From Gammaproteobacteria bacterium (GTDB taxonomy: Bacteria > Pseudomonadota > Gammaproteobacteria > Eutrophobiales > Eutrophobiaceae), in the NCBI GenBank assembly GCA_965221455.1, contig OZ244890.1:2025774-2089773 (forward strand): 64,000 nt of DNA, read 5' to 3'. This document shows, piece by piece, positions 9,935 to 23,275 of this stretch. The position numbers and the translations under genes are program-made. Positions within the stretch are counted from its first letter, which is position 1, and each line of letters opens with the position of its first letter. The notes under the pieces are model-generated. The model saw only the letters and a program-made list of their open reading frames with translations, was not told the origin of the DNA and searched no databases.

Positions 9935-10864
9935 ATGTCACACAATGTTATTCTTCTTGAAACTGCAAGAAAGCTTGCAGAGCACCATAATTTTGACGGC
10001 CCCTCATTAAGGGAGTCCATTCCTTATTTGAAGGCTTTTAGTGGGAATAACTTTGTCCTTAAGATCGGTGGTTCGGTGCTGAATGATCCATCCCACGCCC
10101 TCATCCCCAAGCTGGTGGATGATATTGTCTTTTTAAAACGACTGGACATTAATGTCATTATTGTTCACGGCGGCTCTCGCCAACTGGATGCGGAGATGAC
10201 CAGGCAAGGGATCGAAGTGAAGAAAGTCAATGGTCTGAGAATTACCGATGGCACGATTCTGGAGCTGGCTCATACAGTGTTTCGGAAAATAAGCGAGGAA
10301 ATCAAGTTAGAAGTTGACCGCAGAGGATACAACGGTGTTATTTTTGATCGTACTACAGGTCTGGTGAGTGCTAAACAAAAACATCCTGAGTTGGGATATG
10401 TGGGCGAACCGAGCGAGGTTAATTCTGAGTTACTGGGGTCGTTATCTGATAAGTCAATCCCTATCGTTTCTTCAATTACCGGAGGTGCCCTGCCGGATAG
10501 CATGGGGTTTAATGTAAATGCCGATGAGCTTGCGAGTGCCGTAGCGCAAGAAATAAAAGCTGATAAATTGATCCTGATGACGGATGTTGACGGTGTGTTG
10601 GATGCTGAGGGTAAGCTTTTGTCAACGTTAGGCATTGATGAAGTGGAGGGCTTAATCGCTGAAGGTATTATTTCCCGGGGAATGCTTCCAAAGGTGAATG
10701 CTTGTCTTGTATCGTTGAAAGCAGGAGTGAAAAAGTCACATATCATTAATGGTGATTCCTCTGACTCATTTATCAACGAGATACTTACAAATTCAGGTGT
10801 AGGCACTGAGTTTGTTTGTGCGGATGCACTCAAAAATAGAGATGGAATCTCCACAAACAGGTGA
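9935..10864 (+). CDS. argB: Acetylglutamate kinase (long-form ArgB)
   Basis: VLKIGGSVL...VIIVHGG...GLRITDG...NVNADELA...GMLPK motifs. ATG at 9935 preceded by GAGGAGAGG RBS. Confidence 0.85.
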   Translation: MSHNVILLETARKLAEHHNFDGPSLRESIPYLKAFSGNNFVLKIGGSVLNDPSHALIPKLVDDIVFLKRLDINVIIVHGGSRQLDAEMTRQGIEVKKVNGLRITDGTILELAHTVFRKISEEIKLEVDRRGYNGVIFDRTTGLVSAKQKHPELGYVGEPSEVNSELLGSLSDKSIPIVSSITGGALPDSMGFNVNADELASAVAQEIKADKLILMTDVDGVLDAEGKLLSTLGIDEVEGLIAEGIISRGMLPKVNACLVSLKAGVKKSHIINGDSSDSFINEILTNSGVGTEFVCADALKNRDGISTNR

Positions 10865-11664
10865 GAATTGACCATCTGGAGATGGAAAAAGACTCGAAAC
10901 CCTTTCAAGGGGTGGATTAACAGATATAATATCCATTCCGTAGGCAGGGCAATGTCTTTGGACGGATCTCTTGCCAGTAGACTGGATATCAGCAGAAGGA
11001 CGATGGCGGTTCAAGCCATCTAGGGACTGAATTCCCAGGGCAGCGGGCAATAGCGAAATACAAACAGTCACCTTGGAATCCGGAAATAATAAATCAAAAC
11101 TGGGTGATATCCAAAAGCATATTTTGTGATGGAAATGTTATGTCGTGTTGATTAAATAAGTTTTGCCTGTTGTAAAGTCAATAGTCGTTTCTTTTTGGAA
11201 CCACGAAACATGTGTGGTGTCCAGAACCTTAATTGATGGAGTATCAGGTTTTCTGATACCACCATGTGCTACCAGGGTCCCCGTAAATTGAATATGCCGA
11301 TGGGGAGATTTTCAATGAGATGGAGGAACTGGTACAGGTTTATTTCGTTCAGCATGCGAAAAGAATTGCAGAAATGTTAAACTTGATAAATCAACATTTG
11401 TTTGTACAGTAGGTTCAGTAAACTTATCTGAAATTTATATAAAAATAAGCATTGTTAGGTAGGCTAGGGAAACTGTTCAAAAGGTCAGAACCGGATTTAT
11501 ACGACCTGTGAACTGATTAAGTCGGCTCTCAGATAAGCGGGGAAGGGGTGGCTGGGCGGCCGTAATGCAAAACTTAAAAGTATTACTATTGCGTTGCATC
11601 GGGGTGTATTATACGAGATGTCGGCTAAACGAATAGTCCTAGATGTTTATCTGCTGACGTAGGA

Positions 11665-13678
<2,014 letters not shown>

Positions 13679-13810
13679 TGGGGATAAAATAGTAAACTAA
13701 TTTAATGATGTACCTTGAGATGGGGCGTGGTTTGTGTCGGGTATTGTTTTTGGAAATGTGCTAGCATCAAAGGGGTGTGTTTGTGTCCAAACCCCTGGGA
13801 GGAAAAGGTA

Positions 13811-14068
13811 ATGATATTTGGTGGAAAGTTTGGTGGAAAAAATTCCGGTGATTCTGCTGTATTGGAAGAACAGAACAAGATACTGCGTGAAGCACTGGAG
13901 TTTTATGCGGATAAAGTTAGTTGGGAGGGTGGAGTTAAATACACAGATGCCGCCGACGCGACCATTTTTACTGATGGTAGCGAGTCTGCTGTGAGTGTTG
14001 ATAAGGGCAGCCGTGCCTTTGTGGCACTCAAGAAAGCTGCAGCACTCGGTCAGGCTGATAAATCATAA
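13811..14068 (+). CDS. Small hypothetical protein (85 aa)
   Basis: ATG at 13811 preceded by strong RBS GGGAGGAAAAGG. MIFGGKFGGKNSGDS...; no recognised family. The ORF-track start at 13715 adds an unlikely Cys-rich leader. Confidence 0.5.
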   Translation: MIFGGKFGGKNSGDSAVLEEQNKILREALEFYADKVSWEGGVKYTDAADATIFTDGSESAVSVDKGSRAFVALKKAAALGQADKS

Positions 14069-14643
14069 AATCTCATCAATTTCTCATTTATTTCATTGTT
14101 TTTTTAGTCCGTGGCCTGTGAATCCTGAGCTAGCGGGCGTGGTCTCGATTGTAATGCCAGGAGAAACTGGCCGTTTATCATCTCTATTACTAACATTTCA
14201 ACGTTAAAGCAGATTGGATCTTAACGGAAGAATCATGGCTATCATCCGTAAAATTCCTGCCTCGGTTGTGAATTTGCGGTCTTCTCACACTCCAAATATC
14301 CTCAATCTGCGCTAGTTAGACTCGGGAGCAGAGGTTTTACCGCGTGCGTCGGTTGACGCTTTGTGTAGCCAATGCACTATACTTGCACGAGGTGTTAATT
14401 TATGAACATTCAATAAATACAAGCTGCTTCACTCAAACTTAATCAGGGATCCTTCGAATAAAATATCCTTGAAATTCAAAAAATTTCTCTAATTTCAGTG
14501 ATTGATGAGTGGCAAGATTGTATACTGCCGCTGTCGTTTGATGGGTGTGGATAACGTCGGACCAAAGCTAGCAATTGGTTGCTTGTTGGCAGGTTGTCTT
14601 ATCCGCTATTTTGAATTGGGAAGGGGGTATTTAAAGACTGCAA

Positions 14644-15012
14644 ATGTTGGAAAATTATTTCCCCATACTTGTATTCATTGCCATTGGTCTAGTGATGGGA
14701 ACGGTAATGCTCGTCATTGGGTTTGGGTTGGGTAAATTGATGGGGCATGCCCGTGCAGACAGTGCAAAGCAATCTCCCTATGAGTGTGGATTTGAGGCTT
14801 TTGAAAATGCCCGAATTAAGTTTGACGTTCGTTATTATCTCGTGGCTATCCTGTTTATCATCTTTGATCTTGAAATCGCATTTTTGTTTCCCTGGGCTGT
14901 TGTCCTTGACGAAGTAGGTATGGCAGGATTTTGGGCGATGATGATATTTTTGGGCGTGTTGGTCATTGGTTTTATTTATGAGTGGCGCAAAGGAGCTCTG
15001 GAATGGGAGTAG
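14644..15012 (+). CDS. nuoA: NADH-quinone oxidoreductase subunit A
   Basis: 3-TM small subunit, typical NuoA sequence; first gene of the nuo operon. Confidence 0.9.
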   Translation: MLENYFPILVFIAIGLVMGTVMLVIGFGLGKLMGHARADSAKQSPYECGFEAFENARIKFDVRYYLVAILFIIFDLEIAFLFPWAVVLDEVGMAGFWAMMIFLGVLVIGFIYEWRKGALEWE

Positions 15013-15503
15013 AACAGCAACCTGCGGAGATGGAAGCTACAGTTCACGAAAAAGGAATTGTGACGACGTCCGTGGATAATGTTGTAAATTGGGCCAGAAC
15101 AGGTTCATTGTGGCCGATGACCTTTGGTCTGGCGTGCTGTGCGGTCGAAATGATGCAGGCAGGTGCCTCTCGTTATGATATGGATCGTTTCGGTGTGATA
15201 TTCAGACCCAGTCCTCGTCAGTCTGACGTCATGATAGTGGCAGGAACACTGGTCAATAAAATGGCTCCAGCATTACGCAGAGTTTATGACCAGATGGCTG
15301 AACCGCGCTGGGTTATTTCCATGGGTTCATGTGCGAATGGCGGCGGTTATTATCATTATTCCTATGCTGTCGTTCGCGGTTGTGATCGTATCGTCCCTGT
15401 GGATGTTTATGTTCCTGGTTGTCCGCCAACAGCGGAAGCACTTCTATTTGGGATTATACAACTACAAAATAAAATCAAACGAACTAACACCATTGCCCGG
15501 TAG
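15003..15503 (+). CDS. nuoB: NADH-quinone oxidoreductase subunit B
   Basis: [15 protein letters not shown]...[10 protein letters not shown]...CPP [4Fe-4S] N2 motifs. ATG at 15003 after AAGGAG RBS, overlapping the nuoA stop. Confidence 0.9.
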   Translation: MGVEQQPAEMEATVHEKGIVTTSVDNVVNWARTGSLWPMTFGLACCAVEMMQAGASRYDMDRFGVIFRPSPRQSDVMIVAGTLVNKMAPALRRVYDQMAEPRWVISMGSCANGGGYYHYSYAVVRGCDRIVPVDVYVPGCPPTAEALLFGIIQLQNKIKRTNTIAR

Positions 15504-15541
15504 TTTAAAGTTTGTGCACATAAGCAACTGCATAACAAAGC

Positions 15542-16261
15542 ATGAAAAATTCTAATGATACACTGATGAATCGCCTCGTGGATTCTTTGGTCGCACGCTT
15601 TGGTACAGCCATCAGGGATGCTTATGTTGCTCATGATCAGGCAGTTGTCGAGTTAAGCCCCAATCAATTGCTTTCTGTATGTCAATTGCTGAGAGATGAA
15701 TCTGAATATTCCTTTGAGCAATTAGTCGATCTTTGCGGTGTGGATTATTCAGTCTTTGGTAAGGCAGATTGGGAAACCCAAAGTACGTCAAGCACGGGTT
15801 TCAGCCGTGGTGTCAGCGAGGAAATTTTTGATGATGCCGCACAAGCAAGATCTCGTTTTGCCGTGGTTTACCATTTATTGTCGATTACAAACAATCAACG
15901 ATTACGGGTTCGTTGCATGATTGACGATACACCCGCAAAGATTGAGTCAGTGGTGGGTATTTGGGCATCAGCGAATTGGTATGAACGTGAAGCATTTGAT
16001 TTATTCGGGATTTTATTTGAAGGTCACCCTGATCTGAGAAGACTTCTGACTGATTATGGTTTTGTAGGTCATCCGTTCAGAAAAGATTTTCCGTTGCAAG
16101 GTAATGTTGAAGTTCGCTATGACGAAGAACAAAAACGTGTTATTTATCAGCCTGTTACGATAAAAAATCGTGTTTTGGTTCCCAGAGTGATTCGTCATGA
16201 TAATCGTTACGAAGATACGAGGAGCGAAGAAGTACTGGAAGAGGGACAAAAAAATGCCTGA
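15542..16261 (+). CDS. nuoC: NADH-quinone oxidoreductase subunit C (not fused to NuoD)
   Basis: NuoC/30 kDa subunit sequence, separate from nuoD. Confidence 0.9.
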   Translation: MKNSNDTLMNRLVDSLVARFGTAIRDAYVAHDQAVVELSPNQLLSVCQLLRDESEYSFEQLVDLCGVDYSVFGKADWETQSTSSTGFSRGVSEEIFDDAAQARSRFAVVYHLLSITNNQRLRVRCMIDDTPAKIESVVGIWASANWYEREAFDLFGILFEGHPDLRRLLTDYGFVGHPFRKDFPLQGNVEVRYDEEQKRVIYQPVTIKNRVLVPRVIRHDNRYEDTRSEEVLEEGQKNA

Positions 16262-17507
16262 GATTCGTAATATGACCATGAATTTTGGGCCGCAGCATCC
16301 TGCAGCGCATGGTGTCCTGCGCCTGGTGCTGGAGATGGACGGTGAAGTGATTGAAAGGGCTGATCCGCATATTGGTTTGTTACATCGAGGTACGGAGAAA
16401 TTAGCGGAATACAAACCATATAACCAGAGTATTGGTTATATGGATAGACTCGATTATGTCTCCATGATGTGTAATGAACATGCTTATGTGATGGCAATAG
16501 AAAAATTAATGGGCATCACACCTCCAATCCGTGCGCAATATATTCGCGTCATGTTTGCTGAAATTACGCGTATTTTAAATCATCTTTTGTGGCTCGGCAC
16601 ACACGCATTGGACGTTGGTGCGATGACCATGTTCCTGTATTGTTTTCGTGAACGTGAAGATCTTATGGACTGTTATGAGGCAGTATCCGGTACACGTATG
16701 CATGCAGCCTACTTGCGTCCTGGTGGTGTTTATCGGGATCTCCCGGATAACATGCCACAGTATGAGGTATCAAAATGGCATAACGAAAAAGAAGTGAAGG
16801 ACATGAACAGGGACAGACAAGGTTCCTTGCTGGATTTTATCGAGAGATTCACAGAAAAGTTTCCAGGCTGTATTGATGAATATGAAATATTACTGACGGA
16901 TAATAGAATTTGGAAACAACGTACTGTTGATATTGGAATAGTAACAGCAGAGCGTGCACTACAGCTGGGTTTTACCGGCCCTTTGTTACGAGGTTCGGGT
17001 GTCGAATGGGATCTACGTAAAAAGCAAAGCTACGAAATTTATGATCATGTCGACTTTGATATTCCGGTCGGTACCAATGGTGATTGCTATGATCGCTATC
17101 TGGTACGCATGGAGGAAATGCGTCAGTCAAATCGTATCGTCAAACAATGTATTACCTGGCTAAAACAAAATCCCGGCCCGGTCATTCTGGACGACCATAA
17201 GCTGGCTCCACCAAAACGTGGAGAAATGAAAGGCGATATGGAAGCGCTGATTCACCATTTTAAATTATTTACGGAAGGCTACTGTGTACCGGAAGGTGAA
17301 ACGTATACCGCAGTCGAACATCCGAAAGGTGAGTTTGGTATTTATTTGATTTCCGATGGTGCCAACAAACCCTACAGGCTGAAAATCCGCGCTCCCGGAT
17401 TTGCACATTTATCTGCAATGGATGAAATGGTCAGAGGCCATATGCTGTCAGATGTAGTGGCGATTATTGGAACGCAAGATATTGTGTTCGGAGAGATTGA
17501 TCGATAA
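16254..17507 (+). CDS. nuoD: NADH-quinone oxidoreductase subunit D
   Basis: [23 protein letters not shown]...HRGTEKL 49-kDa subunit signature. ATG at 16254 overlaps the nuoC stop. Confidence 0.9.
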   Translation: MPEIRNMTMNFGPQHPAAHGVLRLVLEMDGEVIERADPHIGLLHRGTEKLAEYKPYNQSIGYMDRLDYVSMMCNEHAYVMAIEKLMGITPPIRAQYIRVMFAEITRILNHLLWLGTHALDVGAMTMFLYCFREREDLMDCYEAVSGTRMHAAYLRPGGVYRDLPDNMPQYEVSKWHNEKEVKDMNRDRQGSLLDFIERFTEKFPGCIDEYEILLTDNRIWKQRTVDIGIVTAERALQLGFTGPLLRGSGVEWDLRKKQSYEIYDHVDFDIPVGTNGDCYDRYLVRMEEMRQSNRIVKQCITWLKQNPGPVILDDHKLAPPKRGEMKGDMEALIHHFKLFTEGYCVPEGETYTAVEHPKGEFGIYLISDGANKPYRLKIRAPGFAHLSAMDEMVRGHMLSDVVAIIGTQDIVFGEIDR

Positions 17508-18005
17508 ATGGCTGCGTCAGCTAAAGATTTGCTTTCTTCCCATGCTCGCGAAGAGATTGATCGCTGGATTTTGAAGTACCCTGCGGATCAGAAACAGTCT
17601 GCGGTATTGGCGGCATGTCGTGAAGTACAGCATGAGAACCAGGGCTATTTGACCACGGCGCTAATGGATGCAATAGCGGAATATCTTGAGATGCCTGCAA
17701 TTGCCGTGTACGAAGTTGCTTCATTTTACTCAATGCTGGAAACAGAAAAGGTGGGACGCAACAGCATTTCCGTGTGCACCAATGTTTCGTGTATGTTGAA
17801 CGGCTCAGATGAAATCGTGAGGCATATAGAGAAAAAATTGGGTATTAAAGAGGGCGAGTCCACTGAAGATGGTCGTTGTCACCTGAAACAAGAGGAAGAA
17901 TGCCTCGCCGCTTGTTGCGGTGCGCCGATGATGATGGTGAATCATGTTTACCATGAGCATTTAACCCCTGAAAAGGTCGATAAAATCCTGGATAAACTGG
18001 ACTAA
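17508..18005 (+). CDS. nuoE: NADH-quinone oxidoreductase subunit E
   Basis: 24-kDa subunit with CxxxxC...CxxxC [2Fe-2S] motif ([10 protein letters not shown]...CLAACCGAP). Confidence 0.9.
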   Translation: MAASAKDLLSSHAREEIDRWILKYPADQKQSAVLAACREVQHENQGYLTTALMDAIAEYLEMPAIAVYEVASFYSMLETEKVGRNSISVCTNVSCMLNGSDEIVRHIEKKLGIKEGESTEDGRCHLKQEEECLAACCGAPMMMVNHVYHEHLTPEKVDKILDKLD

Positions 18006-18010
18006 CACGG

Positions 18011-19306
18011 ATGCTAAAGTTGGATCAGGTTTGTTACGCAACGCGTCAGTTTGATGAGCCATGGACGTTTGAAAATTATAAAAAAGTGGGAGGTTATGAA
18101 GCCTGGTTAAAAGTGGTCCGTGAGCGGATCCCGCCCGAAGATATTATTGAAATCATCAAAGCATCCGGATTACGTGGACGTGGCGGGGCTGGTTTTCCAA
18201 CCGGACTGAAATGGAGTTTCATGCCAAAAAATATCGACGGTCCAAAATATGTTGTATGCAACTCGGACGAAAGCGAGCCTGGCACCTGTAAGGATCGAGA
18301 TATTCTACGCTTCAATCCCCATTCTCTGGTGGAAGGATTAGCCATTGCATGTTACGCCATGGGCACCAAAGTGGCGTACAACTATATGCGCGGTGAGTTT
18401 ATGGATGAGCCCTGCCAAAGATTCGAAACCGCGTTACAGGAAGCATATGAGCAAGGGTATTTGGGTCGTAATATCAGGGGCACAGATGTTGAAGTGAATA
18501 TTTATGGAACTTTGGGCGCAGGTGCCTATATTTGCGGTGAAGAGACCGCCTTACTGGAATCATTGGAAGGTAAAAAAGGCCAGCCACGTTTTAAACCGCC
18601 GTTTCCAGCCAACTTTGGATTGTATGGTAAGCCGACGACAATCAACAATACAGAATCTTTTGCCTCGGTTCCCTCCATTATCAGAAATGGTGCCGACTGG
18701 TTCGCTGCAATGGGCGTAGCCAACAGTGGTGGCAGTAAATGTTTTTCAGTCAGCGGCCACGTGAATAAGCCGGGCAATTTTGAAGTGCCCTTGGGAATGT
18801 CCTTTGCGGAATTACTTGAGCTTGCCGGTGGCGTACGTAATGGCAATAAGCTAAAGGCCGTGATCCCCGGGGGATCATCGGTGCCGGTCATGCACGGAAA
18901 AGACATGATGGAAGTCAATATGGATTATGAATCTATTCAGAAAGCCGGATCGTATCTTGGTTCCGGTGCTGTGATCGTGATGGATGAAACGACTTGCATG
19001 GTGCGGGTGCTTGAGCGTATCTCACGATTTTATTACTCGGAATCCTGTGGTCAATGCACGCCGTGCCGTGAAGGAACCGGCTGGTTGTATCGCGTGATTA
19101 AACGCATTGAGAACGGACAAGGCGAGCAAGAAGATTTGGATAAATTGATTGATGTCGCGAACAAGATCGAGGGCAGAACTATTTGCGCCCTGGGCGATGC
19201 GGCAGCCTGGCCGGTGCAAAGTTTTGTAAAAAGATTCCGTGACGAATTTCAATATCACATAGATCATAAATCCTGTTTGGTGGCGGTGAAGAAGGATGCG
19301 GCTTAG
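18011..19306 (+). CDS. nuoF: NADH-quinone oxidoreductase subunit F
   Basis: [20 protein letters not shown] site and [12 protein letters not shown] [4Fe-4S] motif. Confidence 0.9.
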   Translation: MLKLDQVCYATRQFDEPWTFENYKKVGGYEAWLKVVRERIPPEDIIEIIKASGLRGRGGAGFPTGLKWSFMPKNIDGPKYVVCNSDESEPGTCKDRDILRFNPHSLVEGLAIACYAMGTKVAYNYMRGEFMDEPCQRFETALQEAYEQGYLGRNIRGTDVEVNIYGTLGAGAYICGEETALLESLEGKKGQPRFKPPFPANFGLYGKPTTINNTESFASVPSIIRNGADWFAAMGVANSGGSKCFSVSGHVNKPGNFEVPLGMSFAELLELAGGVRNGNKLKAVIPGGSSVPVMHGKDMMEVNMDYESIQKAGSYLGSGAVIVMDETTCMVRVLERISRFYYSESCGQCTPCREGTGWLYRVIKRIENGQGEQEDLDKLIDVANKIEGRTICALGDAAAWPVQSFVKRFRDEFQYHIDHKSCLVAVKKDAA

Positions 19307-19333
19307 TAAGGTATCAGGAAGGCGATTGCGGAG

Positions 19334-20224
19334 ATGAGTTCATTTGAATTCATAGTTGACCAAATAAAGAACAGCGACGCATGTGATTATGCGGCAGATC
19401 ATTACGAAGCAAAATATCCAAATGAAGACCTGGCTGAGAAGATATTAGAACGTGGATCGGCTGATTTTGATCAGAAATATGATCCTGATGATGAAAAGGA
19501 AAAAACCTGTTACAGAAGTGACTTCTATGTGCGGTGTAATCTAAAAATGCATTTTTCTCAGGCTAGGCGTGCGTTATCTGAATGCTTTAAAGATGCTTTG
19601 CCACAGCCACTTTTGTTTGTTGATTTCGGTTGCGGTCCCATGACTGCGGGGTTAAGTCTGGCTTCTATCTTGCCCGAGCAGACAAATGATACAGACATCG
19701 ACAAGTACGATATCGCCAAGATGATGGAGCAGAAGAAAGCGTACAAAAAGGAAACAAGTTATATCGGAATTGATGCGTCAGAGAATATGTTGCGGATAGC
19801 CGAAAACATTAATAGAGAACATGGCTTGTTCGATCAGTTTGAACTTAAACAGGGAAAACAGCTGGATGTGTTGTCAGATATTTCCTGTACTTCTTCTATG
19901 GGAGCACGTACTGCCGTGTTGATGCTGTCATTTGTACTGGCACCAAAAACGCTTAAGGGTGAGCAAAGTATGGAGGACCTGGCAAATCATTGGACAGTAT
20001 TTGTGCAGAAGTCAGAATGCGACGAGACGTATATCATTTATCTTAACCCGGCGATTTACCCGACACACAAACTCCATAAAAACTACCGGGTATTTGAATA
20101 TATACTTCAAAGCAGTTCCAATGATTTTGAATACAGAAATTTCGGCCTGAAGGAAATTGTGATGAAGAATAAGAATAGTCGTGATTTTGCACTCGGGTTA
20201 ATAAGAGGACAACGGCAACAATGA
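19334..20224 (+). CDS. Class I SAM-dependent methyltransferase-like protein inserted between nuoF and nuoG
   Basis: Motif I LFVDFGCGPMTAGLSLA, post-I acidic YIGIDASENML and motif-IV-like TAVLMLSFVL. 296 aa. ATGA overlap with the downstream gene. Confidence 0.6.
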   Translation: MSSFEFIVDQIKNSDACDYAADHYEAKYPNEDLAEKILERGSADFDQKYDPDDEKEKTCYRSDFYVRCNLKMHFSQARRALSECFKDALPQPLLFVDFGCGPMTAGLSLASILPEQTNDTDIDKYDIAKMMEQKKAYKKETSYIGIDASENMLRIAENINREHGLFDQFELKQGKQLDVLSDISCTSSMGARTAVLMLSFVLAPKTLKGEQSMEDLANHWTVFVQKSECDETYIIYLNPAIYPTHKLHKNYRVFEYILQSSSNDFEYRNFGLKEIVMKNKNSRDFALGLIRGQRQQ

Positions 20225-20886
20225 TGGATACCTCGGTACAACAACCCGATCTTTTCTCCGGGATCGCTGACGTAAGGCACGAATATCAACGCCTGAATGT
20301 ATCTCCGCAACAGCAGGAGCTTTTATGCCGGGGCGGTGCTGAATATATTCCTGATTTTATTACCGATGAAGAAGAGCGCATATTATTATCCGCGATAGAT
20401 CAGGAATCGTGGAATGATGATCTACGGCGACGAGTACAGCATTACGGTTATCGTTATGACTACAGCAAGCGTACTGTCAATGCTGAACAGCGGCTGGGTG
20501 AGTTACCGGACTGGGCACATCGTTTTGCCGAGCGTCTTGTAGAGCAAAGTATATTTACAACTCCGCCAAGCCAGTTAATTGTCAATGAATATCAGCCGGG
20601 GCAGGGGATTGCGCCACACAGTGATCGTGATGGTTTCGGTCCGGTGGTGGCGTCGTTGTCTTTGGCGAGTGATTGCATGATGAAGATTATCCCTGATCGC
20701 AAAGACAGACAAACTGCTTTTGAGATCGTATTACAGCGTCGCAGTCTGCTGGTGCTAAAGGGCGATAGCCGTTATGTCTGGCAACATGGAATTGAACCGA
20801 AGCGTAACGACCGGCAGAATCATCATGTGTTCCCACGTAATCGGCGAGTATCCTTAACTTTTCGTACCGTTAATGATTCGTCATGA
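20221..20886 (+). CDS. AlkB-family 2-oxoglutarate/Fe(II)-dependent oxygenase, ALKBH8-like
   Basis: LIVNEYQPGQGIAPHSDRD (HxD), VASLSLAS, QRRSLLVLKGDSRYVWQHGI (second His), RRVSLTFRTV (2OG-binding Arg pair). Very similar in motif order and spacing to the ALKBH8 oxygenase domain. ATGA overlaps with both neighbours. Confidence 0.75.
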   Translation: MMDTSVQQPDLFSGIADVRHEYQRLNVSPQQQELLCRGGAEYIPDFITDEEERILLSAIDQESWNDDLRRRVQHYGYRYDYSKRTVNAEQRLGELPDWAHRFAERLVEQSIFTTPPSQLIVNEYQPGQGIAPHSDRDGFGPVVASLSLASDCMMKIIPDRKDRQTAFEIVLQRRSLLVLKGDSRYVWQHGIEPKRNDRQNHHVFPRNRRVSLTFRTVNDSS

Positions 20887-23273
20887 CCGACAAAACATTG
20901 CAAATAGAAGTTGATGGTACACAATTACCGGCAAGCCCGGGGCAGACGCTGATTGAGGTGACTGATGCCAATGATATTTATATTCCGAGGTTTTGTTATC
21001 ACAAAAAGTTAACGGTCGCGGCAAACTGTCGCATGTGTCTGGTCGAGGTGGAGAAGGCACCGAAACCCTTACCTGCATGCTCCACGCCGGTGATGGAGGG
21101 AATGAAAGTTTTTACTCGATCAAAACTTGCCATTGAAGCCCAAAAATCCGTGATGGAATTTCTGTTGATTAATCACCCTCTGGATTGTCCGATATGTGAT
21201 CAAGGGGGAGAATGTGAGTTGCAGGATCTTGCTATGGGTTATGGCGAAGGTGTTTCGCGTTATCAGGAAAGCAAACGTGTTATTCAGGACAAAAATATTG
21301 GTCCATTAATTCAGACTGATATGACGCGCTGTATTCACTGCACACGTTGTATTCGATTTGGCGAAGAAATCGCTGGCCTGCGCGAAATGGGCGCTACTGG
21401 ACGAGGCGAGCGTATGGAGATTGGTACTTATATTGAAAAAAGCGTGTCTTCCGAATTATCAGGCAATATTATTGATGTCTGTCCGGTGGGTGCATTGACC
21501 TCCAAACCTTTCAGATATTCCGCACGGGCATGGGAAATGATTCAGCGAGAAAGTATTGCACCACATGACTCTGTGGGTTCGAATGTACAACTTCATGTCA
21601 AGGGTGATCGTGTTATGCGCGTTGTTCCCGCAGAAAACGAGGCGATTAACGAAGTGTGGATATCAGACCGTGATCGATTCAGCTATGAGGGTATGTACAG
21701 CGAAGATCGCTTACAGACACCCATGATAAAAATCAACGGTGATTGGCAGGAAACAGATTGGGAAACCGCGCTTGAGTTGGTACGTGACAAGCTGGGTAAT
21801 ATATTATCAAATCACGGTGGTGAACAATTAGGTGGCCTGGCATCACCTGCATCGACACTGGAAGAACTGTATTTATTTCAAAAATTATTGCGCGGGATTG
21901 GATGTAATAATATAGATTCGCGACTGCGGCAAAATGATTTCAGACAGCAAGAGTCAGATCCTGTTTTTCCTTATCTGGGACAGTCGATCTCTGCGCTGGA
22001 AGATCTTGACGCAGTATTAGTCATTGGCAGCAACGTCAGAAAAGAGCAACCGATGATTAACCACCGATTGCGTAAAGCCTCCCTAAAGGGTGCAGACGTG
22101 ATGATGATTAATTCTATTGATTACGTTTTTAATTATGATCTTTCTGCAAAAATAATCACATCCCCCGCAGAAATAACAACAGCACTTGGCGGCATCCTCA
22201 AGGCTCTTTTCGAGTTTGAGGAGAATGTTGCTGATACCTCTATTCAACCACTAGTGGAAAATGTGGTCGTGAGTGACGAACATCGGGTTATCGCGAAAAA
22301 ATTATCCGCTGCTGAAGATGGTTCGGTGCTTCTGGGTAACCTTGCGACTGCGCATCATGAGTATTCAACATTAAAATATCTGGCTCTCGCTATTGCTAAA
22401 CTGGGTAATTTAAAATTTGGTTTCCTCAGTGAAGCGGCAAATACCAGCGGTGCGCATCTGACAGGCGTGTTGCCGCACAGAGGCGTGGGAGGGGAATCTG
22501 TTGATACTGCCGGACTGACGCTGGCGGCAATGTTGGAAAAGCCTTTGCAAGCTTATCTGCTCTTGGGGATTGAACCGGAGCTTGATTGCTGGGATGGACA
22601 TAAAGCACGTCAGGCTTTGCAGGCTGCCGAGTTCGTCGTTTTGATGACGGCTTATCAGTCGGAAGCCATGAAACAATATGCGGATGTGCTTTTACCTATT
22701 GCACTTTTCGCGGAAATGTCCGGCACCTTTATTAATGTTGAAGGACTATCACAAAGTTTTGCTGAGGCGGTACCGCCGGTGGGCGAGGCGCGACCGAGCT
22801 GGAAAATACTCCGTGTATTGGGAAACTTATTGAATAATACTGAAGCATTTGAATATAACAACCTGGAAGAAGTCAGAAAAGAAATAACCGGTATCATCGC
22901 AGGTACTACCTTGAATAGCGTCGGTAGCTGGACAGTATCCGATACGTCAAACAGTGGTTTGTCTCGAAATGGTTTACTGCAAAGAATTACAGAGGTCCCT
23001 ATGTTTGCTATCGATGCGATGATCAGAAGGGCGAATGCATTACAAAAATCGTGTGGCAACAAAGATTCGATCCATATTAATCAGGAACTTGCCGATAAGC
23101 TGGATGTGTCTGACGGTGATATTGTGATTGCAGGGCAAGAAGAAAAATCCGTCAATGCGCCTGTCAAGATTAGTAAAGATATTTCTGCTGACTGCGTGTT
23201 GATACAAGCGGCGCAACCAATTCATTCTGAATTAGGCCCATGGCATGGATATGTCAGCTTGAGGAAAGCATGA
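20883..23273 (+). CDS. nuoG: NADH-quinone oxidoreductase subunit G
   Basis: N-terminal 2Fe-2S and 4Fe-4S Cys clusters ([14 protein letters not shown]; [14 protein letters not shown]; [10 protein letters not shown]); 796 aa. Confidence 0.9.
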   Translation: MTDKTLQIEVDGTQLPASPGQTLIEVTDANDIYIPRFCYHKKLTVAANCRMCLVEVEKAPKPLPACSTPVMEGMKVFTRSKLAIEAQKSVMEFLLINHPLDCPICDQGGECELQDLAMGYGEGVSRYQESKRVIQDKNIGPLIQTDMTRCIHCTRCIRFGEEIAGLREMGATGRGERMEIGTYIEKSVSSELSGNIIDVCPVGALTSKPFRYSARAWEMIQRESIAPHDSVGSNVQLHVKGDRVMRVVPAENEAINEVWISDRDRFSYEGMYSEDRLQTPMIKINGDWQETDWETALELVRDKLGNILSNHGGEQLGGLASPASTLEELYLFQKLLRGIGCNNIDSRLRQNDFRQQESDPVFPYLGQSISALEDLDAVLVIGSNVRKEQPMINHRLRKASLKGADVMMINSIDYVFNYDLSAKIITSPAEITTALGGILKALFEFEENVADTSIQPLVENVVVSDEHRVIAKKLSAAEDGSVLLGNLATAHHEYSTLKYLALAIAKLGNLKFGFLSEAANTSGAHLTGVLPHRGVGGESVDTAGLTLAAMLEKPLQAYLLLGIEPELDCWDGHKARQALQAAEFVVLMTAYQSEAMKQYADVLLPIALFAEMSGTFINVEGLSQSFAEAVPPVGEARPSWKILRVLGNLLNNTEAFEYNNLEEVRKEITGIIAGTTLNSVGSWTVSDTSNSGLSRNGLLQRITEVPMFAIDAMIRRANALQKSCGNKDSIHINQELADKLDVSDGDIVIAGQEEKSVNAPVKISKDISADCVLIQAAQPIHSELGPWHGYVSLRKA

Positions 23274-23275
23274 GT

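Noticed and set aside
10880-10900. Hairpin CCATCT-GGA-GATGG followed by AAAAAG after argB
   Set aside because: The stem is only 6 bp with a 3-nt loop and a weak U-tract. It was not reported as a terminator.
10793-11071. 92-aa minus-strand ORF overlapping the argB 3' end
   Set aside because: It overlaps a well-supported gene antisense, has no RBS or family signal, and is probably spurious.
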